Shown here: piece after piece, positions 1 through 10,139 of the stretch
Layout of the letters: each line of letters starts with the position of its first letter
How positions within the stretch are numbered: the stretch's first letter is position 1
IMG/VR virus record: IMGVR_UViG_3300029787_000023
Coordinates: 6,215-70,214 of that record
Length of the DNA stretch: 64,000 nt
Reading direction: 5' to 3' (one strand)
Source of the DNA: a virus
The notes under the pieces: model-generated
The model's database searches: none
What the model saw: only the letters and a program-made list of their open reading frames with translations
What the model was told of the DNA's origin: nothing
Position numbers and translations under genes: made by a program

Positions 1-305
1 CATTTCTCCTTGTTGGCCCAGTATGCCGCGCTCATCTTGCCCTTCTTGATGTTCTTAGCGTGGCGGGCTTTGAAGCTGGCCCTCTTCTTCTTCATCTTTT
101 CGGTTTCACCCTCTTTGGGCTTACCAGCGGTCTTTGCGCCTTGCTCACCGAAGCGTATGATCTTGAACTTACCCCCTTCGCAGGCCAGCACGATGTGACT
201 CTTCTTCGGGTGGCTGGGTGTACGCTTCGGCTTATTGCAACCTTCGAGGCCATGTTCGGCCAAGATCTTCTTCTTGCGTACAGCGGTGTAGTAGTCGTCA
301 GCCAT
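1..305 (-). CDS. Small basic conserved phage protein, 3' end truncated by the window edge (not in ORF track)
   Basis: Hand translation: MADDYYTAVRKKKILAEHGLEGCNKPKRTPSHPKKSHIVLACEGGKFKIIRFGEQG...RASFKARHAKNIKKGKMSAAYWANKEK. ATG overlaps the portal stop (TAATG). The NKPKRTPSHP..SH/IRFG/FKARH/AAYWA pattern recalls proteins of aquatic phages. Confidence 0.8.
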   Translation of the reverse strand, partial: MADDYYTAVRKKKILAEHGLEGCNKPKRTPSHPKKSHIVLACEGGKFKIIRFGEQGAKTAGKPKEGETEKMKKKRASFKARHAKNIKKGKMSAAYWANKEK

Positions 306-2029
306 TATTGCTCTCTGATTGGAGCGCCCCCGCCTGCGGCGAGTGCTTGGTCAGGTGAGACGCCGGCTTCTTGAGCCAAGGCCGCCATAAGTTCAGGCGG
401 GAGACCTCCTCCACCTTCTTGTGGTGGTGCTTGCTCTTGTGCCTTGACTGCGGCCCCTCCCAGTGCCATCTGCTGCTGGGCTTGAGCCTGGGCTTGAGCT
501 TCTTCGGCGACCTGTTCTTCGGGCTTGAGCAACTTGACCGGTAGTCCCATGCTCCGTACGATCTCTTCGATAAGACCGCGGGCATTGATGTTCGGGTCTG
601 CCTGCAACAGCGGGATCATCTGAATCAGAGTCTCGATCTGCACCGAAGGGTTCTGCCTGATTGGATTGTAGCTGACCATCTCGAAGTCAACCTCGATGTC
701 TTGGATGAGTCCAAGATCGACAGCAGACCAATCATTGCTGCCTGTGATGCGCACCATCTTCTCACCCTTCATGTATTTACGGGTGAGGTAGAACGCTTTT
801 GCCGCGGCATCTTCGAGCGCGGCGTTGATATGACCCTCTCGAGTTGCCAGACGCGTCCGCATCTGTGCGTCGATGATTGCCATCTCCGTTGCGGTGCGGG
901 CTCCTGTGACTTGACCGCGGGCGGCTTCAGCCAGCGCGCTAATGAATGCCGCGTCACCTTCCATACGAGCGATGAACTCTTGCACACCTACAGGATTCTG
1001 CGGCATAGGCATCTCGTAGAACAGAGTGTTGAGAGCTCGCAAGGCTTCAGCGTTCTGTGGTGCGATACCTACAAAACTACCGACAGATGCCGTGACTGCC
1101 TTGTTGAGATCCTCTTCGCTGATCCGACCGGCATCGTACAGAATCCTCGGAATCTGCAGATATGTGATTCGCTTGAGGTGAGTCAGCAAGTCGTTGATCG
1201 TTTCCTGCTGGTTCAGTACGAGCTGAACCTCAGACAGCCCCAGGCAATCTACTCCTGACTGGTTCAGACTGAACATGGAGTAGGGGATGTAGTCGATCTC
1301 GTCTTCGAATACGACTTGCTCGCCTTGCTCCAAGTAGTGCTTTACTTGGTTGGTCTCTCGATCGTAGTACTCATAGATCGTGACCCACTCGAAAGCATCT
1401 CGTACGGAGTTTGCTTCTCTGCCCTGCTTGTCACCAAGCAACCACTTCGGGTAGCGATCAGGAGTGACTTCACTCATCTTGACGTTGTACAGTCCTGAGT
1501 TCACACGACGCTTGAACTCGTGAAACGGTACAACGGTAGCCTCAAGCCAATATCGAATGTCGTCAGGGTCGCGCACTGTCAGGTCGAAGAATACCGTAGA
1601 GGGGTCGCAGACCTTGACTACCGGTCGGTCTTCTACGACGTCCCAGCCTGTCTTGAAGATACCGCGCTTGCACAGCACCGCGTCGATAAGAGCCGTAGCC
1701 GCACGCCGACGCATGTTGTTTGCGCTGAAGATGTACTCCATCAACCCGTTGACGGCAGGCGCCGCATCTTGGCTGTGCCTGTTTCGAGGGTTAGCTGACA
1801 CCTGCGGGTTGGGTCCGAGAAGCGCGCTGACGGCTGTGTCTGCAATCGAGTAGATAAGATTCTTACTGCACAGGTGCAGCTGCGTCGACTTCTGCAAATC
1901 AGCAGACTTGTTCGAGTAGAAGTCACCACGATAATAACGACGAGCTTTGTCGAACTGCTTCTTCTCGTTGTTCTCGTAGAACTTCTTGTGCCGCTCTATG
2001 AGCGTGGACAACTTAGGCATTAGAGTCAT
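305..2029 (-). CDS. Portal protein
   Basis: 574 aa, downstream of the terminase. Portal-like segments (IADTAVSALLGPNPQVSANP, GIFKTGWD, ARGQVTGARTATE) and a Q/A/P-rich C-terminal tail. True start may be the ATG at 2020. Confidence 0.88.
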   Translation of the reverse strand: MTLMPKLSTLIERHKKFYENNEKKQFDKARRYYRGDFYSNKSADLQKSTQLHLCSKNLIYSIADTAVSALLGPNPQVSANPRNRHSQDAAPAVNGLMEYIFSANNMRRRAATALIDAVLCKRGIFKTGWDVVEDRPVVKVCDPSTVFFDLTVRDPDDIRYWLEATVVPFHEFKRRVNSGLYNVKMSEVTPDRYPKWLLGDKQGREANSVRDAFEWVTIYEYYDRETNQVKHYLEQGEQVVFEDEIDYIPYSMFSLNQSGVDCLGLSEVQLVLNQQETINDLLTHLKRITYLQIPRILYDAGRISEEDLNKAVTASVGSFVGIAPQNAEALRALNTLFYEMPMPQNPVGVQEFIARMEGDAAFISALAEAARGQVTGARTATEMAIIDAQMRTRLATREGHINAALEDAAAKAFYLTRKYMKGEKMVRITGSNDWSAVDLGLIQDIEVDFEMVSYNPIRQNPSVQIETLIQMIPLLQADPNINARGLIEEIVRSMGLPVKLLKPEEQVAEEAQAQAQAQQQMALGGAAVKAQEQAPPQEGGGGLPPELMAALAQEAGVSPDQALAAGGGAPIREQ

Positions 2030-2147
2030 CCTTCTCTTTCTTAGGCGCTGCTTTTGCCTTGCCGCGATTCTTGATTGCGCGCTTGTAGATCTCTTGACGT
2101 GTGGTCACAGATTGGGGTCGGTATACTTTTTGTTGCTTCTTTGCCAT
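2013..2147 (-). CDS. 44-aa lysine-rich hypothetical protein (not in ORF track)
   Basis: MAKKQQKVYRPQSVTTRQEIYKRAIKNRGKAKAAPKKEKDDSNA fills the terL-portal gap exactly. Confidence 0.6.
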   Translation of the reverse strand: MAKKQQKVYRPQSVTTRQEIYKRAIKNRGKAKAAPKKEKDDSNA

Positions 2148-2148
2148 G

Positions 2149-3798
2149 TTACAACCAGTCTCGAGGTGGGGGAGCAAAAGGGTTCAGCGCATCGTCTCGA
2201 CGACGCTTCTTATGTCTGTCCAAGTCAGATATGCTTAACTGACCCGGTAGTCGGGGTCTCTGTACGTCCCCGATATTAGCTTGTGTGAAGTGTCGGCGCG
2301 AGAGGATATCCGCGGCCATAATAGCAGTTCGGGCTCTATCGAAGTGATGAGTTGTACCGTCGAGCCCTTTTACGCGCTTCTTTCGACTACCATCGTAGTT
2401 GATGAGCTGGTGCAAAAGACCACGTGAGCGAATGGTGATGTCGTTCTGTCTTAGCATCTGCACGAGTCGCGCCTCTGCTTCTTGGATTCGTTTTTCAGTA
2501 GCGTACCAACCTGGGTGGTTCCTGCTTGTCCACAACAGGTTCTTGCAGTTCTTGTCTTTAAGCACAGCAATACATGCCGTGGCGTTGGACTCGACTGCAA
2601 GCAGGGCGCCGTTGTAGTAGCCCTGCAGACGCATCAAGCGATAGGCAAAGCGGCCGGGGTCTTCTCGATCCTCCCAGAAAGCGACTTCACGCCGCTCAAG
2701 TGCGTCCCATACAGTCAAGGCGCTCTTATCGCCTGAGCCACCAAACCCGGCGGGGTCAGCCGTAATGATGTACTGACTGTTGACGCGGGGCTTGTCAAGC
2801 ACACAACAACCGACAGTCGCCAAAGGCGGATCGGGTACAGCTCGTGCCAGTGCGGGCTTCAACACATCGGCAGGCATGATCGGGGCCATCGAGCCCAACC
2901 AACCGTCGTACGGGTCTGACGGATACTTGGAGCTGAACAATCGAGCATCACCGACAAACTCTGTATTGAGCGCAGAGCGTCTGAACGCAAGGTTCTCCGA
3001 TGTCATGCCCTCATGATGCTGCAGATACGTGAGCTCTTCTTCGGTAGGTTGAAAGTCGGGGTCGTCGATCTGACAGCTGTCGTCGTCCCACCAGTCTAAG
3101 AACAGAGGACTGAATCGGCTCTTGTCTTCGAGGGCTGACCGCCACATCTGTTCATGGTGCGAGCCTGCGCGACCTGGCGTTGACTCAAGAATGACTCGAG
3201 CATTCTTACGCTTGTTAACTGTAGGGAAGATATTGATGGCCGCTTTCTTCTGCCATTGCGCTTCACCAAACTCGGTGATGACCAAGCGGTCAATAGAACG
3301 ACCGATCGCGGGCGACCGCCCGCCCGCAGTCAGGACCTTGATCCCTCCACCATGACAAAAGTGCATCTGAGTCGTTCCTGCCTTCCGACCTTTGGCCATC
3401 GGCATCCTGACATCAGCAGGTAGGCGGTTGTACGAGAACAGGATTCGCTCGAAGATATCCTCTGCTGTGTCTTGGCGCTCAGCGATGAGAAGTCCCTTGA
3501 CGCCCTCGAGATACATGCAATCGCGCAACAAGAGCATGACCGAGATGGTTGTAATCTTCGCCTGACGAAACTTATTTACGATGACCCAGCGATTGTCGTG
3601 TACGGCTTGTAGAAGCTTGCGCTGAGTCTTGGTCGGTTCGAGGTATCCGATGCTCTCGTTCTCTCGTACGATCTGACACATCGATACGAATGCGTCGGGC
3701 GTAGAGAACATGGCGTGAACCTTACTCTGGTTCAAGTCTGGGTGATACGCCAGCTTGGCGCCACCGGCTAAGAGCTTAGGAGGCTTACGCTTGTTCAT
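2149..3798 (-). CDS. terL: Terminase large subunit
   Basis: KFRQAKITT Walker-A-like (KxRQ type), LVITEFGE Walker B, ESTPG coupling motif, RNase H-like nuclease ITADPAG...DKSA...AVESN. Adjacent to the portal. Confidence 0.92.
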   Translation of the reverse strand: MNKRKPPKLLAGGAKLAYHPDLNQSKVHAMFSTPDAFVSMCQIVRENESIGYLEPTKTQRKLLQAVHDNRWVIVNKFRQAKITTISVMLLLRDCMYLEGVKGLLIAERQDTAEDIFERILFSYNRLPADVRMPMAKGRKAGTTQMHFCHGGGIKVLTAGGRSPAIGRSIDRLVITEFGEAQWQKKAAINIFPTVNKRKNARVILESTPGRAGSHHEQMWRSALEDKSRFSPLFLDWWDDDSCQIDDPDFQPTEEELTYLQHHEGMTSENLAFRRSALNTEFVGDARLFSSKYPSDPYDGWLGSMAPIMPADVLKPALARAVPDPPLATVGCCVLDKPRVNSQYIITADPAGFGGSGDKSALTVWDALERREVAFWEDREDPGRFAYRLMRLQGYYNGALLAVESNATACIAVLKDKNCKNLLWTSRNHPGWYATEKRIQEAEARLVQMLRQNDITIRSRGLLHQLINYDGSRKKRVKGLDGTTHHFDRARTAIMAADILSRRHFTQANIGDVQRPRLPGQLSISDLDRHKKRRRDDALNPFAPPPRDWL

Positions 3799-3953
3799 CC
3801 TTTTGCAGATCCCTTGTACCCATTGGCGTACATTGCAGCCATCTGACGCTTCGCTTTCTCTTTGGCGCCTTTGCCCTTGTACACTTTGCCACGCTTTCCG
3901 AACTTCCAGCCGGTAACCTTACCGTCTTTGTTTCTGATTGCTATAAGTGGCAT
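3795..3953 (-). CDS. Small basic phage protein
   Basis: MPLIAIRNKDGKVTGWKFGKRGKVYKG...AKRQMAAMYANGYKG. GAGG RBS upstream; ATGA overlap with terL. Confidence 0.7.
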   Translation of the reverse strand: MPLIAIRNKDGKVTGWKFGKRGKVYKGKGAKEKAKRQMAAMYANGYKGSAKG

Positions 3954-4006
3954 GGGATCCTCCTCGCGAGATATGATAACATTCCGAGTAGTCATGGAGA
4001 AGCACG

Positions 4007-4177
4007 ATGGCCGCTGACGTTAAAGCAACGACGCAAAAAGAAATCAAACCGGCGGCCGAGAAACTCACACCGGCGCAGGCAAAGGGCCGCCGTAGGCTGA
4101 TTAGGAAGATGGTCGGTAAGGGTAGCGCTTTTCGAGTTGCGTCGGGCGCGGAAAACAATCCCCGCGGACTATACTAA
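4007..4177 (+). CDS. 56-aa basic hypothetical protein (not in ORF track)
   Basis: GGAG RBS, then MAADVKATTQKEIKPAAEKLTPAQAKGRRRLIRKMVGKGSAFRVASGAENNPRGLY*. Confidence 0.55.
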   Translation: MAADVKATTQKEIKPAAEKLTPAQAKGRRRLIRKMVGKGSAFRVASGAENNPRGLY

Positions 4178-4320
4178 AAATGTAATTCGACTTGCTTTGT
4201 CAAGCTCGATGATGTAAGCATTGAGTTGAACCCGTCTTTGTCGGTAGCCTACGGGTCCGTCAGCGAAACGAGCCGGGCAGTCAAGCAACGCAATATTTCT
4301 TTCTCTTTATTGAGGCTACA

Positions 4321-5406
4321 ATGGCTATTTCAAACGAAGTACTGAATACGACCTTCGAGGATCTACGTGGTCCCCTGGTCAATTCTTTCGTTCGAAGCAA
4401 TGAGCTGTTCGAGGCGCTGTCTGACAAGGCACGGATGCCCATGGAAGGAGGTTCTCTCATTGAGCGAACCTTCACCGGTGGTGCTCCTGCTCGTGGTGTT
4501 GGCGTCTACGTCGGTGATGAGCTTTTGAACATGACTCGGCGTCAACAGATTAAAAAGTTCCAAGTGGAACCGCATCGTCTGGTTGTCGCTATTAACATTC
4601 CGAAGCGTGAGCTTCTGATGAACAGCGGCAAGCTTGCTGTCATCCGACTCATCGAGGAATACCCTCAGACCGTAATGGAAGGTGTGAAGGCAGACATCAA
4701 CAAGTACTTGCTCACTGGTGTGAGTCGAGGCTTGGTCTTCCAGACTGCCGAACTTCGCGGTCTTATGACTCTGAACGGTGAGAAGACTTCTGGAATCGGA
4801 ACTGGTGTGACCCACGGTCTCATCGACTTCGCGGCTCCATCGGCTCAGACTCAGGAAGTTCAGGGTGTCGACAAGGCTGAATCGTACTTCCACTTCAACC
4901 AGTTCGTTCAATCGTCTGGCTGGAGCGCGAATGGTATGCTGAAGCTTCGCGAAACCTACCGTAAGTGCGCTCATTACGCTGGCGGTGTCGGAAAGGGACC
5001 AGATCTCATCATCATGGATGATGCGACTTATGGAAACTTCGAAGATACTCGACGTAGTAATGTCCGTGTCAGTGTTGTTCAAGATCCAGATGATAAGAAG
5101 GGCGCTAATCTGCTCGGCCTCGAACTCGGTGCCGCTCAGGTTTACAGTTCTCTTGATCTGGATACGACCGACTTCACTGAAGATTCGGGATCCGAAGCTG
5201 ACCCGACCGAGGGAATCTCTTACTTCCTGAACACCGATTATCTGGAGTTTCCAATGCACGAAGCTCCCACGATCGGCAAGTTCGAGGAGCGAGTTGGTGA
5301 CCAAGATGTCGTGACAGCACTCTTCTCAATGCAGGGCAATCTTATCTGCACTAAGCTTCCCGCACAGGGTGCTTGTGTTGGTACGTCCGGCGTAACGATC
5401 GCTTAA
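4321..5406 (+). CDS. Major capsid protein (HK97 fold)
   Basis: 361 aa. N-terminus (NTTFEDLRGPLVNSFVRSNELFEAL...EGGSLIE) and GPDLIIMD / YFLNTDYL / GNLICT segments resemble phage coat proteins. Followed by a cement gene and terminator. Confidence 0.85.
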   Translation: MAISNEVLNTTFEDLRGPLVNSFVRSNELFEALSDKARMPMEGGSLIERTFTGGAPARGVGVYVGDELLNMTRRQQIKKFQVEPHRLVVAINIPKRELLMNSGKLAVIRLIEEYPQTVMEGVKADINKYLLTGVSRGLVFQTAELRGLMTLNGEKTSGIGTGVTHGLIDFAAPSAQTQEVQGVDKAESYFHFNQFVQSSGWSANGMLKLRETYRKCAHYAGGVGKGPDLIIMDDATYGNFEDTRRSNVRVSVVQDPDDKKGANLLGLELGAAQVYSSLDLDTTDFTEDSGSEADPTEGISYFLNTDYLEFPMHEAPTIGKFEERVGDQDVVTALFSMQGNLICTKLPAQGACVGTSGVTIA

Positions 5407-5417
5407 AGGAGGTCATT

Positions 5418-5894
5418 ATGGGAACTGTAAAGACTGATTCTTTTAGTACGACCTACTCTACGGAGCAGTATGCTCTGGGTAGTCTCCGCACTCAACCCGC
5501 TGATGAAGTTACGGCTGCAGATGCGTCTCTTAAGGGAGATCGTGTCTGGATGTTTGTGAAGGCATCCAGCTCCGGTGTTGCCGTGAATGACCTGCTGGAG
5601 CGTGACTCCACCAGTGACCCATTCCAGGCCAAGACCTCTTCGGCTACCGCCAGTATTAGGCGTGCGCTTTTGGTCGGCGTTGCTGATCACGCGATTGCAG
5701 CCAGCCAGTACGGTTGGGTTATTGTTCGCGGAGCTTGCGTCATTAAGAGTAGCGGCGTTAGCGCGGGGGCTACTGTAGCGTCTAAGACTACTGCCGGGAC
5801 AGTTGAAGGGTCTTCAGCTGCAGGAGCTGTGATTGGTTATGCGACCAGCGCGACTTCCGGTGGTGTGTGCGATCTGTACCTTGATCTGCAGTAA
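5418..5894 (+). CDS. Capsid cement/decoration protein
   Basis: Ala/Ser/Gly-rich 158 aa directly after the capsid gene, with GVADHAIAASQYGWVIVRG. AAGGAGG RBS before ATG 5418. Confidence 0.7.
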   Translation: MGTVKTDSFSTTYSTEQYALGSLRTQPADEVTAADASLKGDRVWMFVKASSSGVAVNDLLERDSTSDPFQAKTSSATASIRRALLVGVADHAIAASQYGWVIVRGACVIKSSGVSAGATVASKTTAGTVEGSSAAGAVIGYATSATSGGVCDLYLDLQ

Positions 5895-5915
5895 CTCGCT
5901 GTAACGTGATACATT

Positions 5916-5951
5916 AGGGTCGGGGCTCAAAAGGCCCCGGCCCTTTCTTTT
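5916..5951 (+). terminator. Rho-independent terminator after the capsid genes
   Basis: agggtcggggct-caaa-aggccccggccct hairpin followed by ttctttt. Confidence 0.85.
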
Positions 5952-5960
5952 GGAGAGACA

Positions 5961-7496
5961 ATGGACGCGTCACTCGGAGCTCTACGCAATCGACTACTCG
6001 AGATGCGAGCATGGGACAGTTCGGGCACTACGTTCGACAATCGGGTTCGTGAGGCGCTCAACACTGCCTTGGACCGAATGTCAGGAGACGTGCCTGAGGC
6101 TTTGATCCCCGCGCAAGAGACTATTGTACTTCTGCCCGATACTGACAGTAGTGCTCATAACTTGAAGATCAACGCGACTTCTGAGAAGCGTGTGCTCAAG
6201 CTGACTGATACCGCAGGAGTGATCCTCGGTAATACGGTCTCGGCTGATGCCACAGCACGGTCTTGGTACACAGGTACATACAAATCAGACGGTACATGGG
6301 ATGGTTTGATGCATCTCGAGATTACCGACTCAAGCGGAATCATTCACCGCAGACAGGCCCGAGAGTGGTTTGTCACGGGCGACACAGCACACGTCACGAT
6401 TGACCGACCTTGGCCGAACACTTCAGATACTTTGATGGCTTTTCGCATCTACCAGCCTGAGTTCTTCGTTCATGACGACGTGATGGAAGTTCTCGAGCCT
6501 GCTCGTGTGTATGACAGCGGGCGTCAGCAAGTGTGGGCTATCGATACTGCTGGAGCTTATCGACAGGACATGGTCGACTTTCAGGCTAACTCGACGGGTG
6601 TACCTTATCGCATGTGGCGCGGAAGGCACTTTCAGCTACCCGCACCGCGACAGACGCCGCTGGCAGAGCCCCGGTCTACGGCTGCGTCGGATACTTCGAT
6701 TCCGCCCAACCCTTGGGCTGGTCCTGAGCAGGAAGGTAGCTTCCGCTTCTGCTTTACTTATGTCTGGGGTAAGCGAGATGACAGCGTCAGCGTAGCGCCA
6801 GGCACCTTCAGAGACCCGCTCTTCGAGAGTGCGCCGTCTCCGGTCAGTGAAGTGTTCGATCACACACAGAATACAAACTGTTCGATCTTGGTTCAGACGA
6901 CCAACATCGACGCGATGCAAGACTTCGGAGACAGCACGACGACGCGCTACGGTAAGTCCGGTCTTCGTATCCGCATCTACGTAGCGCGCGACTCTGTTCG
7001 TACGGCTGGCCTGGGATCGTACAACCGTGTTGAGTCTGCCGGTATCTTCTATCTGTTGACCGAGATCGAACCTACCAATGCGGCTGTGACCGGTAAAGAG
7101 GCCAGCTTCGTTTGGACAGGCAGCGTCACACCAGACTACCATCGGCCGCTCAAGCACTCGACCGGGTATTACTCCTACAGTGTGTTTCCGCACCAAGACG
7201 CTCGGTACGAACTGGACTTCCGCGTCTTGAAACTTCCAATGAAGTTCGACAATGATCAGGACACGGCTCCGATTCAGCGAGATGCGGTACCTGCGCTGCT
7301 TGAGCTCGCCCTGTATTACATGTCTTTGATCGACGGTGTCGATCAGCAAGGAGCCCAGCTCCACATGGAACGATATAATCAACTCGTAATGCGCTACCGA
7401 TTGAACTATGCTAACCCAGGACGGGTGGTTGAGCCTGTTCCTATCGGTGGTCACTACAAGCGATCACAGTTCGGTACGTTCTCGAACACCGACTAA
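5961..7496 (+). CDS. Head-tail adaptor (tail tubular protein A-like) with inserted domains
   Basis: Helical N-terminus (LGALRNRL...VREALNTAL) and adaptor-like C-terminus (KLPMKFDNDQDTAPI...ALLELALYY). Position after the capsid genes. Confidence 0.6.
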   Translation: MDASLGALRNRLLEMRAWDSSGTTFDNRVREALNTALDRMSGDVPEALIPAQETIVLLPDTDSSAHNLKINATSEKRVLKLTDTAGVILGNTVSADATARSWYTGTYKSDGTWDGLMHLEITDSSGIIHRRQAREWFVTGDTAHVTIDRPWPNTSDTLMAFRIYQPEFFVHDDVMEVLEPARVYDSGRQQVWAIDTAGAYRQDMVDFQANSTGVPYRMWRGRHFQLPAPRQTPLAEPRSTAASDTSIPPNPWAGPEQEGSFRFCFTYVWGKRDDSVSVAPGTFRDPLFESAPSPVSEVFDHTQNTNCSILVQTTNIDAMQDFGDSTTTRYGKSGLRIRIYVARDSVRTAGLGSYNRVESAGIFYLLTEIEPTNAAVTGKEASFVWTGSVTPDYHRPLKHSTGYYSYSVFPHQDARYELDFRVLKLPMKFDNDQDTAPIQRDAVPALLELALYYMSLIDGVDQQGAQLHMERYNQLVMRYRLNYANPGRVVEPVPIGGHYKRSQFGTFSNTD

Positions 7497-7515
7497 CACA
7501 ATTACAGAGGTGAAA

Positions 7516-7974
7516 ATGTCCCTGAAGTCTTTCGCACTACCTCGCCCTCAGCTGGGCGACAAGATGTACAAGTTTACTCTGACGAAGCAAGTCGAAGAGT
7601 GTCTTGTCGTTAGCATCATCGGTCCTCCTGATAACCCTGAGTACTGGTCCGCTACGCTACTCACCAAGAATGGTGTTGAGTTCGTCGGATCTGATCGTGA
7701 ATACCGCGGTCGCCACGACTGGGTACCCATCACATGGATGTTCGACGAGGAGCGCAAGGTGTGGGTCGCACCCCTCGACGACGGTGCGTCGAAGGACGCA
7801 GACAAGGTCGACTGGAACGTACCGGCTCCCAAGGCTGGTGAGAAGTACATGAGCTGGCGTGCTCGCGTGTTCCGTGAGATTCCTGCGCTCAAGAAAGACG
7901 CTCAGGCAACTGAGATTCTATCTGACGTTTGGAAGAGCAAGTCGTCTGATTCGGTCGAAGCTGCAGAGGCATAG
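7516..7974 (+). CDS. Hypothetical protein
   Basis: GAGGTG RBS before ATG 7516; within the structural operon. Confidence 0.7.
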   Translation: MSLKSFALPRPQLGDKMYKFTLTKQVEECLVVSIIGPPDNPEYWSATLLTKNGVEFVGSDREYRGRHDWVPITWMFDEERKVWVAPLDDGASKDADKVDWNVPAPKAGEKYMSWRARVFREIPALKKDAQATEILSDVWKSKSSDSVEAAEA

Positions 7975-7992
7975 TCGCTTCGGGGTTGAGTC

Positions 7993-10131
7993 ATGGCAGG
8001 TCCAAGTAACCAACAACCGATCGACATGATCATCCCTGCGGGGGAAGCTCAAGTTCTTTTCGCGGCGACTAACCTCGCTCATGAAATCCTGAACTTCGAG
8101 CGCACCCCCGAGGGGACGTTGAAGTCAGTCGTCGGCCCTACTGTCTACGAACCCAAGCGACTCCTCGAGGTTCCAGGCGGTCACTTCGAAGAAGAAGAAT
8201 ATCGAGCGATCGTCGAATCGGAGGGGTCGTCTGTTGGTTTAGGCGAGGAAGGCTACGGCATTTTTCATGCCGGATTGTCAGGTGGCGTAGCCGACACTCT
8301 GGTTGTCCGTGCGGGCGACAAGCTGCGTCGGCACCATGGCTGGTCTCGTTCTTTCGATGAACTGACCATACCAGACACGCTTACCAAAGAGTCGCGTGCT
8401 CGGTATCCCGATCAGTTCTTGGCAATGAATGACAAGATCATCTGGACAAACGGTATTGACCGTGCGTTGAGTATCAGCCCCGACGGTATGGTCATACCGC
8501 TCGGATTCGCCAATGTACCGGGATCACCTGTTGTAGATGGACCACAGCAACCGGCTCCTGAAGGCAGAGACTCTTACTACCCTAATGCTTTGGGCTACTC
8601 GTGGGGCGGAGGCATCGGAACCTATGGAGACTTGCTTGACGGCTTTACAGGCTGTATCCGGGCAGGCGCCTGGTTCTACTACACTCAGTGGGAGGACATC
8701 CACGGCAACCTGTCTCAGCCGTCTGCTGCCAGTAATATCGTAACGATTGAAACGATCCAAGCTGACCCACTTGAGACGATGGGGGCTGACTCGGGCGAAG
8801 AACTCGAGACTGGCGCAGAACTAACTGACCTGGCTCGACAGTTTATGGTCCGTGTCGCAGGCTCAGCTCCCGACCATTGCACGGCGGTCAGGATTTATAG
8901 GACTAAGGATACGAAGAACGTCGACCCGTCTCCATACTTGGTGGTGCGCATACCAGGCAAGTCTCAGGTGTTCTTCTCAGACAGTAAAGCTGACGGACTA
9001 CTTGGCGCTGCTATGACAAGGACCGTGGCCGTACCGGTGTTTCGAATGATGTGTACGCATCAAGGCTGCCTGGTTGTAGCCAACACACCAGACGATCCGG
9101 GCATCGTTCGTAGGTCTCAAGTCGGGTTTTCCGGTACTTTTAATGCGAGTGACTTTATCTACCCAGACTCGGGCGGGGCTGAAGTCACAGGTATCGCGTC
9201 TCACGGCGGGCAACTCATCGCGTTTACTCGTACGAGCACCTATGTACTGCAAGACTTCGTAAACCCTGTTCCGCTGGCTCAAGGTATCGGATGTATTGCG
9301 CCACGGTCGATCAAGGCACTGGCCGACGGTTCTTTGATCTGGCTCAGCGAAGATGGGTTCTACATGCTCAAGGGAGACAGCATCATCCCTGCCAGCTTAG
9401 CTATCGCACGCTCGTTGAGACATGGAATCAACAAGCCTCGAGCATCAATGGCGGTCGCTGCGATTGATCCCGTCAGCAAAGAGTACCGATGCGCGCTTAC
9501 CCCCGCCGGCGCAACAGCAAACACTCTCATTCTGACTTTCGACGGTCAGAACTGGAAGCGGCAACAACTCGGTATTGAAATAGCTGATATGTGTCAGACA
9601 GACGACTACCGCAAGTATCTATTAGCCGTAGGTAAAGACGAGGCCACTGACCGGTACGACGTCTTTGTGCTGGGACGAGAGACTATAGCGTACCGCCCCA
9701 ACCCTCGAGATGTGGTGTACCGCTCGGCCTGGATGAAGGGTAACGAGACGGGCTTGGCTGTGCTGAACATCAGAAGCATGTACATTGGTATGCTCGACGC
9801 CTTTGACGGCGAGTTTGAAGTGCGCTTCTACCGCAACGGATCATTCAAGTCAGTCATTTCGATGACTGATGTAAAGCCCATCGGAACTGATGACGACAGC
9901 GGCGTTGTAGTTGACTTGGCTGGTAAGGCGGTCATTGGTACGTCGAAAGCGCATGATCCGAGATTGTTTTACCGGCAGGTGCCTGTGGGACTCGAGAACG
10001 TCACGTCTTGGGCTTTTGAGATCAGGGCATCCTACCCCACCCGACTACACCTGGCTGCGTTTGGCTTTGATGTCAGCGTCGCTACATCAGGTAATGTGCG
10101 CGGCCGTATCCCCCATCGATCTGATGTTTGA
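7993..10131 (+). CDS. Tail nozzle/stabilisation protein (tail tubular B or P22 gp10-like beta-propeller)
   Basis: 712 aa with NFERTPEGTLK near the N-terminus and EVTGIASHGGQLIAF, GIGCIAPRSI, LIWLSEDGFY segments typical of podovirus nozzles. Confidence 0.7.
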   Translation: MAGPSNQQPIDMIIPAGEAQVLFAATNLAHEILNFERTPEGTLKSVVGPTVYEPKRLLEVPGGHFEEEEYRAIVESEGSSVGLGEEGYGIFHAGLSGGVADTLVVRAGDKLRRHHGWSRSFDELTIPDTLTKESRARYPDQFLAMNDKIIWTNGIDRALSISPDGMVIPLGFANVPGSPVVDGPQQPAPEGRDSYYPNALGYSWGGGIGTYGDLLDGFTGCIRAGAWFYYTQWEDIHGNLSQPSAASNIVTIETIQADPLETMGADSGEELETGAELTDLARQFMVRVAGSAPDHCTAVRIYRTKDTKNVDPSPYLVVRIPGKSQVFFSDSKADGLLGAAMTRTVAVPVFRMMCTHQGCLVVANTPDDPGIVRRSQVGFSGTFNASDFIYPDSGGAEVTGIASHGGQLIAFTRTSTYVLQDFVNPVPLAQGIGCIAPRSIKALADGSLIWLSEDGFYMLKGDSIIPASLAIARSLRHGINKPRASMAVAAIDPVSKEYRCALTPAGATANTLILTFDGQNWKRQQLGIEIADMCQTDDYRKYLLAVGKDEATDRYDVFVLGRETIAYRPNPRDVVYRSAWMKGNETGLAVLNIRSMYIGMLDAFDGEFEVRFYRNGSFKSVISMTDVKPIGTDDDSGVVVDLAGKAVIGTSKAHDPRLFYRQVPVGLENVTSWAFEIRASYPTRLHLAAFGFDVSVATSGNVRGRIPHRSDV

Positions 10132-10139
10132 GGTGAGCC

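Noticed and set aside
4363-5304. Long antisense ORFs (313 aa opposite the capsid gene; also 6636-7454, 32160-32954, 49241-49927)
   Set aside because: Shadow frames of real genes in GC-rich, codon-biased DNA, with no recognisable motifs.
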